A DNA stretch of 64,000 nt, taken from contig SVSI01000002.1 of assembly GCA_015064385.1 (NCBI GenBank), positions 65,315 through 129,314 on the forward strand, read 5' to 3'. The notes below the pieces were generated by a model. That model was not told where the DNA came from. It saw only the letters and a list, made by a program, of their open reading frames with translations, and made no database searches. Made by a program: the position numbers and the translations under genes. This DNA comes from Oscillospiraceae bacterium (lineage in GTDB: Bacteria > Bacillota > Clostridia > Oscillospirales > CAG-272). Of this stretch, positions 47,245 to 56,933 are shown piece after piece. Within the stretch, counting starts at the first letter, position 1. The number at the start of each line of letters is the position of its first letter.

Positions 47245-48126
47245 ATGAAAATAACGGTAACCGTAATACGCTACCTTCTTTTGCTTGCGCTTATTTGTGC
47301 GTCTATACTTGCCCTTGCCTCGGATGCGCTTATTCTGAAGCCCGCTCCTCCCTCGGGAGATATTCCCTCGGGTCCGTCAAGCGGAGATCATATCGGAGGT
47401 CCCGATGAGGGCGATCCCGAAAATCCGAGCGAGCCGATACTCCCCGACGACACCGTTCCAAACTGGTCTGTTGAGCCGATAGTATATAAATATTCCACCA
47501 AGGACCAGAGCGGAAAGATCACCTGTGAGGTAAGATACTCTTACCCGTCAGTCTCCTCAAACGACGGAAGCGACGTTTCCGAATTCGCTCGCGAGCTTGA
47601 TATGATTGCGAGCAGGATCCGCCTTTTCGTAGATACCAAAATCGCGCTTTACAAAAACGGCACGAGCGACGATTTTTCGGTTCCGCCGCAGATCACGGGA
47701 TACTATAAGATCAACAAATTTTCGACCGAGCTTTTCAGCATAACCTTCGTCTTCTCCGAGATCGCACCCGATTCCACGGTCAGCGAAACCTATATGAACT
47801 ATAATCTCGATCTTCTCCTTTCGTCCAAAAAAATAAGCATCGATTCGGTAATGAACGACGCCGTGGGAACGCTTCGCAAGATCCTCGTACAGAAAAAGGA
47901 AAGCGGCGAGCTTTCTCTGCTTGCAAATTACGAAAATATGCTGTCCGGAAGCATAGACGGTTCGTGGTCGGTAAACGCAAACGGAATAGTGTTCCGCTTT
48001 GCCAAGGGAACTCTTTCTCCCGCCTCGTACGGAGATATAGAAATATCGATAACCAACGCAGAGCTTATCCCTCTGCTGAGCGAATACGGAAAGATACTCT
48101 TAAATCTTCCTGAAAGTGTGGTGTAA
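47245..48126 (+). CDS. secreted/anchored DUF4163-DUF3298-like (RsiV-ectodomain-like) protein
   Basis: N-terminal hydrophobic anchor, a Pro/Gly/Asp linker, and a C-terminal ...NGIVFRFAKGTLSPASYGDIEISI pattern typical of DUF3298. AAGGAGGA RBS. Confidence 0.5.
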   Translation: MKITVTVIRYLLLLALICASILALASDALILKPAPPSGDIPSGPSSGDHIGGPDEGDPENPSEPILPDDTVPNWSVEPIVYKYSTKDQSGKITCEVRYSYPSVSSNDGSDVSEFARELDMIASRIRLFVDTKIALYKNGTSDDFSVPPQITGYYKINKFSTELFSITFVFSEIAPDSTVSETYMNYNLDLLLSSKKISIDSVMNDAVGTLRKILVQKKESGELSLLANYENMLSGSIDGSWSVNANGIVFRFAKGTLSPASYGDIEISITNAELIPLLSEYGKILLNLPESVV

Positions 48127-48132
48127 ATTAAA

Positions 48133-48321
48133 ATGGCACCCGTTTCGATATGTGTGGGTGATATCCTCACACTCAAAAAAGCGCATCCCTGCGGAAGCTT
48201 CCGCTTTTCGGTGCTCCGCGTCGGCTCGGACGTGCGGATCAAATGTCTTGCCTGTGAGCACGCGCTTGAGATCGAGAGAGAAAAGCTTGAAAAGCGAATA
48301 AAATCGGTATCAAAAGAATAA
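48133..48321 (+). CDS. DUF951 family protein (YyzM-like)
   Basis: VGDILTLKKAHPCGSFRFSVLRVGSDVRIKCLACEHALEIEREKLEKRIK is the characteristic DUF951 sequence with 4 Cys. Confidence 0.75.
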   Translation: MAPVSICVGDILTLKKAHPCGSFRFSVLRVGSDVRIKCLACEHALEIEREKLEKRIKSVSKE

Positions 48322-48352
48322 AAAACACCGCGCACCGGCGCGGTGTTTTTTT
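48321..48352. terminator. bidirectional terminator
   Basis: AAAAACACCGCGC-ACCG-GCGCGGTGTTTTTTT. Confidence 0.85.
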
Positions 48353-48354
48353 CA

Positions 48355-49338
48355 TCATAATTCGGACGAGATCTCGTACCCTACCATACGTCTTATTTCT
48401 TCAGTTAGCAAAACCACCTCGCGTGCGCGAGAGCGCGCTCGCAGATACTCGCTCGTGTTTTTCTCACACGAATACGCGAGGAAATCAGCAAGCTCAAAGG
48501 ACATACACTCCTCGGGGGAGAGTGCAGGATAAAGCGACTCAAAATTTCCTTCTTTGTCGGTAAATCCCGTTTTTCTGAGCTGTGCGCACTGCCCTATCGT
48601 AAGCGTCCCCTCACGGCAGATTATCTCACTTCTTATCGCACTTTCAGCCATTTTTGAGAAGGTAAGGACTGCATCAAAGGTATCGTACGAGAATATCACC
48701 GTATCTGTAATATCCACGCCGCTATCAAAAAAATGCGCAAATGCACTTATTTTTTTCGGATATCCGAAAAGCTCGGTAGCGAGATATATCGGGTAAACTC
48801 CGAGATCGAGCAGTGCTCCGCCGCACGAAGCTTTATCAAAGGTTGACACCCTCTCACCCGCAAGTGCTCTGTCCAACTTGGACGAGCGCTGTGAAAAGTC
48901 GAGTCGGGCGGAAACGATATCTCCCGAAGCAGCCAGCTTTTCCTTCATCTTGCGAAGCTGCGGCAGATGGTAATTCATCATCGCCTCTGCATAGACCACC
49001 CCGTTTTTATCGGCAAGAGCACAAAGCTCGTCGTACTCTGCGGTGTTTATACATATCGGCTTTTCGCAAAGAACGTGCTTGCCCGCCTCGATAAAAAGCT
49101 TTGAATAAGCGTAGTGCGTCATATTGGGAGAAGCTATGTAAACGGCGTCTATATCCTTATCGCTTGCCATTTTGGCAAGATCGTCGTAGCATTTTGCTCC
49201 CCCGTTTTTATCGGCGAAGCTCTTCGCGCGCGAAAGATCTCTCGAGTACTGTGCAACGTAGCTTGCACCGTCCGTAAGCTTTATCGCTTTTATGAAATTT
49301 TCGGATAGCCAAAACGTCCCTATAACGGCAAAATTCAT
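48355..49338 (-). CDS. Gfo/Idh/MocA-family NAD(P)-dependent oxidoreductase
   Basis: N-terminal Rossmann MNFAVIGTFWLSENF, EKP motif (HVLCEKPI), 327 aa. Confidence 0.75.
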   Translation of the reverse strand: MNFAVIGTFWLSENFIKAIKLTDGASYVAQYSRDLSRAKSFADKNGGAKCYDDLAKMASDKDIDAVYIASPNMTHYAYSKLFIEAGKHVLCEKPICINTAEYDELCALADKNGVVYAEAMMNYHLPQLRKMKEKLAASGDIVSARLDFSQRSSKLDRALAGERVSTFDKASCGGALLDLGVYPIYLATELFGYPKKISAFAHFFDSGVDITDTVIFSYDTFDAVLTFSKMAESAIRSEIICREGTLTIGQCAQLRKTGFTDKEGNFESLYPALSPEECMSFELADFLAYSCEKNTSEYLRARSRAREVVLLTEEIRRMVGYEISSEL

Positions 49339-49357
49339 TCTTTTATCTCCGATTTCT

Positions 49358-49395
49358 TAAAAATCTTCCCCGAGACGCTAGCTCACCTCGGGGAA
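49358..49395 (-). terminator. terminator of the small Cys-rich peptide gene
   Basis: TTCCCCGAG-N12-CTCGGGGAA. On the minus strand the hairpin is followed by GATTTTTAAG. Confidence 0.6.
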
Positions 49396-49408
49396 CTTTC
49401 ACTTTACC

Positions 49409-49606
49409 TTAAAACTCTACGCACTCCGATTCGTCACAATCGCAGTCGCAATCGCACTTGCAGTCGTCATCACACTCGCACTCGCAGCAGTTCTCTTTTT
49501 TCTTCATTTTCTTCCAGATCATTATCCCCGCAGCAACGATAGCCGCAACCACCACTACGATTCCTATTACCTTGAAAGCTGCGGAAAACGTACTTTTATC
49601 CTTCAT
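49409..49606 (-). CDS. 65-aa single-pass membrane peptide with Cys/Asp/Glu-rich C-terminal tail
   Basis: MKDKSTFSAAFKVIGIVVVVAAIVAAGIMIWKKMKKKENCCECECDDDCKCDCDCDCDESECVEF. GGAGAG RBS 8 nt upstream, and its own terminator. Confidence 0.6.
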   Translation of the reverse strand: MKDKSTFSAAFKVIGIVVVVAAIVAAGIMIWKKMKKKENCCECECDDDCKCDCDCDCDESECVEF

Positions 49607-49820
49607 TTTTTACTCTCCTTTTTCTCCGACGTAAAATATCTTAAAAGCACCCCGAATTACGTCGGCTATACGGGAAGTGCAGTTATATCGGTTTCGTGTG
49701 AAATTAGTATAACACAAATCGGCAAAAAAATAAACCCCTTTTTGTATATCTTTTGTAAATTCCCGATTTTACGGTCACAAGAAATATTTGACTTCGTAAC
49801 AAAAAATTTACCGTCAAACA

Positions 49821-49849
49821 TTGCTTTTTTGAGCATTATATGTTATAAT
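49821..49849 (+). promoter_or_regulatory. rlmN operon promoter
   Basis: TTGCTT (49821-49826), 17-nt spacer, TGtTATAAT (-10 at 49844-49849). Confidence 0.6.
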
Positions 49850-49931
49850 ATGGTGATAAACTGTAAAATAGGAGTAAAATTCCGATTTTCGAGCTGCTAC
49901 GCCCCGATTTCGGAAGTGAGTTAACGACAAA

Positions 49932-50978
49932 ATGTCACAAAAAATTCAGTGGCTCTCTCTCACGTCCGAAGAATTGAAAGCGGCGCTGACAGAGCTCGGA
50001 CAGCCGTCCTTTCGCGCAAAGCAGCTTCAAAAATGGTTTTGTCTCGGGGCGCCTGCCGACGAGATGACGAATATACCGAAGTCACTTCGGGACATACTTA
50101 CAAACGAGGATATCGGAATACTCCACTATCCGAAGATCGTAAAAAAGCAGGTCTCGTCTATTGACGGAACGGTCAAATACCTTTTCGAGCTTCACGACTT
50201 ACAGCTTATAGAAAGCGTAGTTATGAAATATGAGCACGGAAACACGATATGCGTTTCCACGCAGGCGGGTTGCCGAATGGGATGTAAATTCTGCGCCTCC
50301 ACTCTGGGTGGAAAGGTGCGCGACCTCACGGCGGGCGAGATACTCGGTCAGATAATCTCCGCACAGCGTGATTTCGGTGAGCGTATTTCCGGAGTCGTTA
50401 TGATGGGCATCGGCGAGCCGCTCGACAACTACGATAACGTTATGCGTTTTCTTGATATAGTCGGCAGTCCCGACTCGCTCAATATCGGATACCGCCACAT
50501 TTCCCTTTCGAGCTGCGGACTCGTTGATAAGATAAACCGTCTTGCCGACGAAAAATATCCGATAACTCTGTCGATCTCGCTCCACGCCACAAACGACAGC
50601 GAGCGCGACAAAATCATGCCGATAAATTCAAAATGGAATATTGACGCACTGCTTTGCGCGTGCAGAGACTATTTTGACAAAACGGGACGGCGCATATCCT
50701 TTGAATATACTCTTATTTCGGGAGAAAACGATTCCCCCGAACAGGCAAAAAAGCTTGCGGAGCTTATAAAAAAATATTTCAGATCGAGACCTGTACACGT
50801 AAATCTGATACCGCTTAATCACGTGGATGAGCGCTCCTTCCGTGCAGGAAGCCGCGCGGACGTAAAGACCTTTTGCGACACTCTGAACGCTCTCGGAGTC
50901 AACGCGACCGTACGCCGCCGTCTCGGACCTGACATTGACGCCTCGTGCGGACAGCTTCGCCACAAGGCAAATAAATAA
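49932..50978 (+). CDS. rlmN: 23S rRNA/tRNA (adenine-C2)-methyltransferase, radical SAM
   Basis: FRAKQLQKWF, the radical-SAM cluster motif CRMGCKFCAS, and the C-terminal DIDASCGQL. Confidence 0.95.
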   Translation: MSQKIQWLSLTSEELKAALTELGQPSFRAKQLQKWFCLGAPADEMTNIPKSLRDILTNEDIGILHYPKIVKKQVSSIDGTVKYLFELHDLQLIESVVMKYEHGNTICVSTQAGCRMGCKFCASTLGGKVRDLTAGEILGQIISAQRDFGERISGVVMMGIGEPLDNYDNVMRFLDIVGSPDSLNIGYRHISLSSCGLVDKINRLADEKYPITLSISLHATNDSERDKIMPINSKWNIDALLCACRDYFDKTGRRISFEYTLISGENDSPEQAKKLAELIKKYFRSRPVHVNLIPLNHVDERSFRAGSRADVKTFCDTLNALGVNATVRRRLGPDIDASCGQLRHKANK

Positions 50979-51032
50979 TTATCGAATTTAATTCTTATAA
51001 AAGAGCAAACTATAAAAGAATCGGGTGATATT

Positions 51033-51791
51033 ATGTTTTTTTACGGCGAAAGTGATATTGGTGCGGTAAGGCACGAAAATCAGGACTGCTTCTGCCTTAC
51101 GCAGATAGGCGAGGACTGCTTTATCGGAGCGGTACTGGACGGAATGGGCGGGCTCGAAGCCGGCTCACACGCCTCCGAGCTTGCACGCGACACCTTCACG
51201 AAATACGTTGTCAAAAATCTTGAAAAATACAAAAAAAGCACGGGAAAGATAGCACTTCACGACGATACCGTTGTAAAAAACATACTTTGCGAGGGCGTTG
51301 CTCGCGCAAATCACGCTCTTTATATGGAGTCCATTACCCTTCACTCCCGTTCGGGAATGGGTACTACTCTGGCATCGATTCTGGTTATAGGTAAAAAGGC
51401 GTATATCTGCCACATAGGTGACAGTCGCGTTTACGGACTCATTTCGGGTAAGCTCTCACGACTCACGAAGGATCACTCGCTCGTTCAGTATCTGCTTGAC
51501 AGTGAGCAGATCTCCCCGTCGGAGGCAGACGGTCATCCTCAGAAGAACGTTCTTCTGAAGGCGATCGGAACCGAAGAGACCGTATCGCCCGACATTTCGG
51601 TTATGACCTTTGCAAAGGCAAAGCACTATCTCATCTGCTCGGACGGTCTTACTCTCCATATCAGCGACGGCGAGATAGAAAAAATTCTTCTTGCCGAGAC
51701 CGCGGCACAGGACAAGGTAAAAGAACTTATATCTCTTGCCCGCGCAAGGGGAGAAAGAGACAACACCACGGTTCTGATAATAACCCCGTAA
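51033..51791 (+). CDS. stp: PP2C-family Ser/Thr protein phosphatase (Stp)
   Basis: RHENQDCF, DGMGG, GMGTT, HIGDSRVY, CSDGL and DNTTV motifs. Confidence 0.92.
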   Translation: MFFYGESDIGAVRHENQDCFCLTQIGEDCFIGAVLDGMGGLEAGSHASELARDTFTKYVVKNLEKYKKSTGKIALHDDTVVKNILCEGVARANHALYMESITLHSRSGMGTTLASILVIGKKAYICHIGDSRVYGLISGKLSRLTKDHSLVQYLLDSEQISPSEADGHPQKNVLLKAIGTEETVSPDISVMTFAKAKHYLICSDGLTLHISDGEIEKILLAETAAQDKVKELISLARARGERDNTTVLIITP

Positions 51792-51834
51792 ATATGCATT
51801 AAAACATCTGATCTTCAGAAAGGAACGCTCTTAA

Positions 51835-53883
51835 ATGACGCAGTTTGATAAATACATCGGTACCGTTATCGATGAAAGATACGAAATAAAAGAACTCCTC
51901 GGCGTTGGCGGAATGGCAATAGTTTTTCTCGCGTACGATAAGACGGAAAACTGCGACATCGCTCTTAAAATGCTCAAGGAAGAGGTAGCTTCCGATATAA
52001 GCGCGCGCAAGTGTTTCGAGAGTGAGTCGAGAGCGATCTCTATGCTTTCCCACCCCAACATCCGCGAGATATACGATATATCCACCTCGGGTGAATATAC
52101 CTATCTCACAATGGAATATCTGGACGGCCCCACCCTCAAGAGCTATATCAAGGAAAAGGGCGGCATCTCGCAGGGAGAGGCAATCGATTTCGTGCTTCAG
52201 ATACTCAGCGCGCTTGATCACACCCATTCAAAGGGCATAGTTCACAGAGATATAAAGCCGCAAAATATAATCGTCACCTCTGACGGATCGATAAAAATAA
52301 CCGATTTCGGTATCGCAAAGCTTTACGATCCGAGAAGGAGCGCAAGCGACGAAAAGGGCGTCGGAACGGTATATTATATCAGTCCCGAGCAGGCAAGCGG
52401 AAAGAACATCGATGCGCGAAGCGACATATATTCGCTCGGAATAATGCTATACGAAATGGTCTGCCACAAGCTCCCGTTCGTAGCGGACGATCCCAACGAG
52501 GTCGCATATATGCAGGTAGTCAGCGAGCCCGAAAAGCCGTCCGACATAGTGGAGCTGCCCAAGGGACTTGAGCAGATAATTATGAAGGCGCTTGCCAAAA
52601 ACCCCGACGAACGCTTCAGCGATGCGGGACAAATGCTCGCGGCGGTAAAAAGATACAAGGAAACGCCCGAGGCGGTATTCGATCTGGTTTCGGTACCCGC
52701 AGACAGCAGATTTTACGACAGAGCGAAAAAGAGAAATCTTGACGATCTCGATATGATCCTTGCGGGAGCAGGCGCAACGGGTGCTCTTACCGTAGTTCCA
52801 AATAAGCCGGGACAAAAAAAGAATAAAAATATCCTTTTGGCGATAAAACGGTTCTTCAGACGCCCCAAGGTCCGCGTTGAAACTGTGAAGAAAAAATCAA
52901 GCGTATCCTTTATCTCGATAGTTTTCGGAGCGCTTCTGGCTTGTCTTATAGTCGCCGTTATGACCGTTTCGTACGTTTACAATAACTTTATTTCCGAGTC
53001 GCTTTCGTCCGGAGACGCCCAGATACTCGTTATAGACGATTTTGTAAACAGAGAATGCACGGACGAGCTTATTGCAAATATGGAGCAGCTCGGATATTCG
53101 GTAGAGATAGTTATGCAGCCGAGCGCCGAGCACGTTATAAACACTATAATCAAACAGAGCATCGAACCGGGCGCGAAGCGTCCCATTATCCCCGGAACGA
53201 AGCACTGCAGTATAACTCTTTACGTCTGTAGCGGCGAGGATATGGTAACTCTTGACAACTATATCGGTCAGAATTACCGCGACGTAAAGATGATACTTGA
53301 CACAATCGGCTTCCCATACGAAATAATTCACGAAAACAATTCGGCAATTCCCGAAGGAAGCATAATAAAGACCTATCCGCAGGCGGGCTCGTATATAACC
53401 TCCGATACGCTTATCACTCTTCACGTGAGTCTCGGTCAGGAGGTAAGCTACGTATCTATGCCCGACCTTCGAAACAAAACCGCAAGCGATATACGCACGT
53501 TGCTTGCCAAAAACGAACTTCTGCTTACAGAAGTCACCTACGAGTATTCGTCCGACGTTCCGGCGGGACAGGTCATAAGCCAGTTTCCCTATTTCGGAAC
53601 TATGGTGCCTAAGCACGTTACCGACGTTTCGGTAGTGGTAAGTATGGGTGTTGATCCTTCAACCATTCCCCTTCCCGATCCCGAACCCGAACCCGAACCC
53701 GGACCGGAAGATCCGGAAAATCCTGACGATCCAAACGGCGAGGTAGATCCGGACACTCCGAATCCCAATGATCCGATGAACCCGGACGGTCCGAATCCCG
53801 ATGAGTCGAACCCCGACGATCCAATAGATCCGGACTCTCCCGATCAGAACGATCCAAACGATAATCCTATAATTACGGCATAA
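51835..53883 (+). CDS. prkC: Hanks-type Ser/Thr kinase with TM segment and PASTA repeats (PrkC/Stk1-like)
   Basis: Kinase motifs GVGGMAIVFLA, HRDIKPQNI, DFGIA and SPEQ. One TM segment (ISIVFGALLACLIVAVMTV). Extracellular PASTA-like repeats. Pro/Asp/Asn-rich C-terminal tail. Confidence 0.92.
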   Translation: MTQFDKYIGTVIDERYEIKELLGVGGMAIVFLAYDKTENCDIALKMLKEEVASDISARKCFESESRAISMLSHPNIREIYDISTSGEYTYLTMEYLDGPTLKSYIKEKGGISQGEAIDFVLQILSALDHTHSKGIVHRDIKPQNIIVTSDGSIKITDFGIAKLYDPRRSASDEKGVGTVYYISPEQASGKNIDARSDIYSLGIMLYEMVCHKLPFVADDPNEVAYMQVVSEPEKPSDIVELPKGLEQIIMKALAKNPDERFSDAGQMLAAVKRYKETPEAVFDLVSVPADSRFYDRAKKRNLDDLDMILAGAGATGALTVVPNKPGQKKNKNILLAIKRFFRRPKVRVETVKKKSSVSFISIVFGALLACLIVAVMTVSYVYNNFISESLSSGDAQILVIDDFVNRECTDELIANMEQLGYSVEIVMQPSAEHVINTIIKQSIEPGAKRPIIPGTKHCSITLYVCSGEDMVTLDNYIGQNYRDVKMILDTIGFPYEIIHENNSAIPEGSIIKTYPQAGSYITSDTLITLHVSLGQEVSYVSMPDLRNKTASDIRTLLAKNELLLTEVTYEYSSDVPAGQVISQFPYFGTMVPKHVTDVSVVVSMGVDPSTIPLPDPEPEPEPGPEDPENPDDPNGEVDPDTPNPNDPMNPDGPNPDESNPDDPIDPDSPDQNDPNDNPIITA

Positions 53884-53907
53884 ATAAAACTAACAGGATC
53901 TGCTATA

Positions 53908-55716
53908 ATGAACGAAAAACAGCAAAAAACAAGAAATTTTTCAATAATCGCTCATATAGATCACGGAAAATCCACTCTCGCCGACCGTCTGCTTGAAGCA
54001 ACGCGCGCGGTCTCAACGAGAGAGATGGAAAACCGACTTCTTGACAATATGGAGCTTGAACGCGAGCGCGGAATAACCATAAAAGCGCGCGCGGTAAAGC
54101 TCAATTATGTTGCAAAGGACGGCGAGACCTACGATCTTAACCTTATTGACACCCCCGGTCACGTTGACTTCAATTACGAGGTGTCAAGATCTCTCAATGC
54201 TTGCGAGGGCGCACTTCTCGTTATTGACGCAACTCAGGGCATTGAGGCGCAAACGCTTGCAAACGCGTATCTTGCAGACGAGAACGGACTTGAAATCGTC
54301 CCTGTTATAAACAAAATAGATCTTCCCTCGGCAGACGTGGAAAGAGTACGCACCGAGATCGAGGATATTATAGGCATCCCCGCGGACGAAGCTCCCGCAG
54401 TTTCGGCGAAAACGGGACAAAACATCGAAGATGTTCTTGAAGCGGTAGTTAAAAACGTACCCGCACCCAAGGGCGATCCGAGCGCTCCCCTTGCCTGCCT
54501 TATATTCGACTCGTATTACGACTCCTACCTCGGCGTCGTGGTCTATATAAGAGTTATGAACGGAACGCTCCGTAGCGATGACAAGATAAAGCTTATGCAT
54601 ACGGGAGCACAGTTTGACGTCGTTGACGTCGGAACGCTGACACCGTTCGGTCTGCAAAAAGAGGACGTTCTTGAGGCAGGTCAGGTCGGCTACTTTACCG
54701 CAAGCATAAAAAACGTATCGGACACACGCGTAGGCGACACCGTAACGCACGTTGAAAATGGGGTGTCAGAGCCGCTTGATGGCTTCAAGCAGGCACTTCC
54801 TATGGTCTTTTCGGGTATCTATCCCGCAGACGGCTCAAAGTACGGCGATCTTCGCGACGCTCTTGAAAAATTAAAGCTAAACGACGCTTCTCTCAGCTAC
54901 GAGCCCGAGACCTCCGCAGCACTCGGCTTCGGCTTCAGATGCGGATTTCTCGGTCTTCTCCACATGGAAATAATTCAGGAGAGGATAGAGCGCGAATTTA
55001 ATCTCGACATAATCACGACCGCACCAAGCGTTATTTACAAAATAACGAGACGCTCGGGAGAGGTGGTGTTTATCGACAACCCCTCGAACTATCCGTCTGC
55101 GGACGATATAGAGATCGCGGAGGAACCGGTCATAAAGGCGAGCATAATCACGCCCACCGAATACGTAGGCGCAATTATGGACCTATGCCAGGACAGACGC
55201 GGCACCTTCAACGATATGAAATATCTTGACGAAAAGCGCGCCGAGCTCTTTTACGAGCTTCCCCTCAACGAGGTAATTTACGATTTCTTTGACGCGCTTA
55301 AGAGCCGCAGCAAGGGATACGCTTCCCTCGACTACGAAATGGACGGATACCGTCCAAGCAAGCTCGTAAAGCTTGATATTCTCCTCAACGGAGACGTGGT
55401 TGACGCGCTTTCCTTTATAGTACATGACTCAAAGGCATACACCCGCGGAAGAAAGATCGCCGAAAAGCTCAAGGAAAACATTCCGCGTCACCTTTTCGAA
55501 ATACCGATACAGGCGGCTATCGGCGGCAGAATAATCGCCCGCGAGACGGTAAAAGCACTGCGCAAGGACGTCCTTGCAAAATGCTACGGCGGTGACATCA
55601 CCCGTAAGAAAAAGCTGCTTGAAAAGCAGAAGGAAGGTAAAAAGAAGATGCGTATGCTCGGCAGCGTAGAGGTTACGCCCGAAGCGTTTATGGCTGTTCT
55701 TAAGCTGGACGAATAA
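53908..55716 (+). CDS. lepA: elongation factor 4 (LepA)
   Basis: [34 protein letters not shown], and the LepA C-terminal domain ending ...[10 protein letters not shown]. Confidence 0.97.
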   Translation: MNEKQQKTRNFSIIAHIDHGKSTLADRLLEATRAVSTREMENRLLDNMELERERGITIKARAVKLNYVAKDGETYDLNLIDTPGHVDFNYEVSRSLNACEGALLVIDATQGIEAQTLANAYLADENGLEIVPVINKIDLPSADVERVRTEIEDIIGIPADEAPAVSAKTGQNIEDVLEAVVKNVPAPKGDPSAPLACLIFDSYYDSYLGVVVYIRVMNGTLRSDDKIKLMHTGAQFDVVDVGTLTPFGLQKEDVLEAGQVGYFTASIKNVSDTRVGDTVTHVENGVSEPLDGFKQALPMVFSGIYPADGSKYGDLRDALEKLKLNDASLSYEPETSAALGFGFRCGFLGLLHMEIIQERIEREFNLDIITTAPSVIYKITRRSGEVVFIDNPSNYPSADDIEIAEEPVIKASIITPTEYVGAIMDLCQDRRGTFNDMKYLDEKRAELFYELPLNEVIYDFFDALKSRSKGYASLDYEMDGYRPSKLVKLDILLNGDVVDALSFIVHDSKAYTRGRKIAEKLKENIPRHLFEIPIQAAIGGRIIARETVKALRKDVLAKCYGGDITRKKKLLEKQKEGKKKMRMLGSVEVTPEAFMAVLKLDE

Positions 55717-55727
55717 CACAAAAAACG

Positions 55728-55750
55728 GGGAACTTTGATAAAAAGTTCCC
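55728..55750. repeat. partial family member: hairpin only (copy E)
   Basis: GGGAACTTT-GATAA-AAAGTTCCC shares the AACTTT...AAAGTT core but lacks the AAAGTTTTTGA flank. There is no downstream T-run on the + strand. Confidence 0.4.
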
Positions 55751-55777
55751 TGAAATCTTATAAGGAGGAAAAGCCAA

Positions 55778-56899
55778 ATGAAGGATCGCGGACTGTATAT
55801 ACACATTCCCTTTTGCGCCGCAAAATGCGCGTACTGCGATTTTTATTCGCTTCCCTCCTCTTCTCTTCACGAGCGTTACGTCGGTGCGCTCTGTAAAAGC
55901 GGCGAGATACTCTCCGAAAAATATTCGGACACCGTTTTTTCAAGCGTTTATATCGGAGGCGGAACTCCGAGCATCTTATCCGCAGAGCTACTTGAAAAGC
56001 TGCTCGGCTCCGTAAAAAAGAATTTCACGCTGTCAAAGGACGTCGAATTCACGCTTGAAGCAAATCCCGCAACGCTTGACGAAAAAAAGATGGAAGCCAT
56101 CGTAGGCGGCGGTGTAAACAGAATGAGCTTCGGCTGTCAAAGTGCTAACGAGGACGAGCTTAAAAAGCTCGGACGACTGCACGGCTTTGAATCTTTTAAG
56201 GAAAGCTTCTCTCTTGCCCGCCGCTATGGAATAAATAACGTAAGCGCCGACCTTATGTACGGCATACCCCTTCAGAGTATCTCTTCCCTGCTTTTCTCTA
56301 TAAACGCCGTCGCAGAGCTTACCCCCGATCATATTTCTCTGTACGGACTGCGCGTCGAAGAAAATACACCCTTCGGCAGAGATAAAGATCTCGTTTTGCC
56401 GAGCGACGATACGCAGTGCGAGATGTATCTTCGCGCTGTCGAGACAATGAGAAAACTCGGGTATGAGCGCTATGAGATAAGTAATTTCGCAAGAAGCGGC
56501 AAATATTCGCGTCACAATATGAGGTATTGGGAGTGCAGCGAATATCTTGGACTCGGTGCGGCGGCACATTCGTACATAGACGGCAGGCGCTTCGCATTTG
56601 AGCGTAGCGCCACGGCTTATATAGACGCGCTTGAGAGCGGCAAAATGCCGACACCGTGCGAGAGCGAGCATCTGTCAAAGTCGGACGAGCTTTACGAATA
56701 CGTTATGCTTTCTCTTCGTTTGGAGAAAGGAATATCGTTAAGTGAGCTCTCTCGAAGATTCGGCGCTCGCGCGTCAAGAACACTCATCGAAAAAAGCTTA
56801 CCATATCACGGTAAATTTATGGTTTTCGACGGTGAATGCCTACACTTTACAAGTGACGGCTTTCTCGTTTCAAACACGATCCTTTCGGAAATAATATAA
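55778..56899 (+). CDS. hemW: radical-SAM heme chaperone HemW (oxygen-independent coproporphyrinogen oxidase-like)
   Basis: LYIHIPFCAAKCAYCDF, GGGTPS and the C-terminal HemN_C-like region. It lies downstream of lepA, as in many bacteria. Confidence 0.9.
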   Translation: MKDRGLYIHIPFCAAKCAYCDFYSLPSSSLHERYVGALCKSGEILSEKYSDTVFSSVYIGGGTPSILSAELLEKLLGSVKKNFTLSKDVEFTLEANPATLDEKKMEAIVGGGVNRMSFGCQSANEDELKKLGRLHGFESFKESFSLARRYGINNVSADLMYGIPLQSISSLLFSINAVAELTPDHISLYGLRVEENTPFGRDKDLVLPSDDTQCEMYLRAVETMRKLGYERYEISNFARSGKYSRHNMRYWECSEYLGLGAAAHSYIDGRRFAFERSATAYIDALESGKMPTPCESEHLSKSDELYEYVMLSLRLEKGISLSELSRRFGARASRTLIEKSLPYHGKFMVFDGECLHFTSDGFLVSNTILSEII

Positions 56900-56929
56900 A
56901 ACGCTTTGGAAAATTCCAAAGCGTTTTTT
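56898..56929. terminator. bidirectional terminator
   Basis: AAAACGCTTTGG-AAAATT-CCAAAGCGTTTTTT. Confidence 0.85.
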
Positions 56930-56933
56930 CGGT

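Noticed and set aside
55728-55750. Copy E as the lepA terminator
   Set aside because: The hairpin is followed by TGAAATC on the + strand rather than a T-run. The T-run lies on the opposite strand, where no gene ends. I therefore listed it only as a partial repeat.
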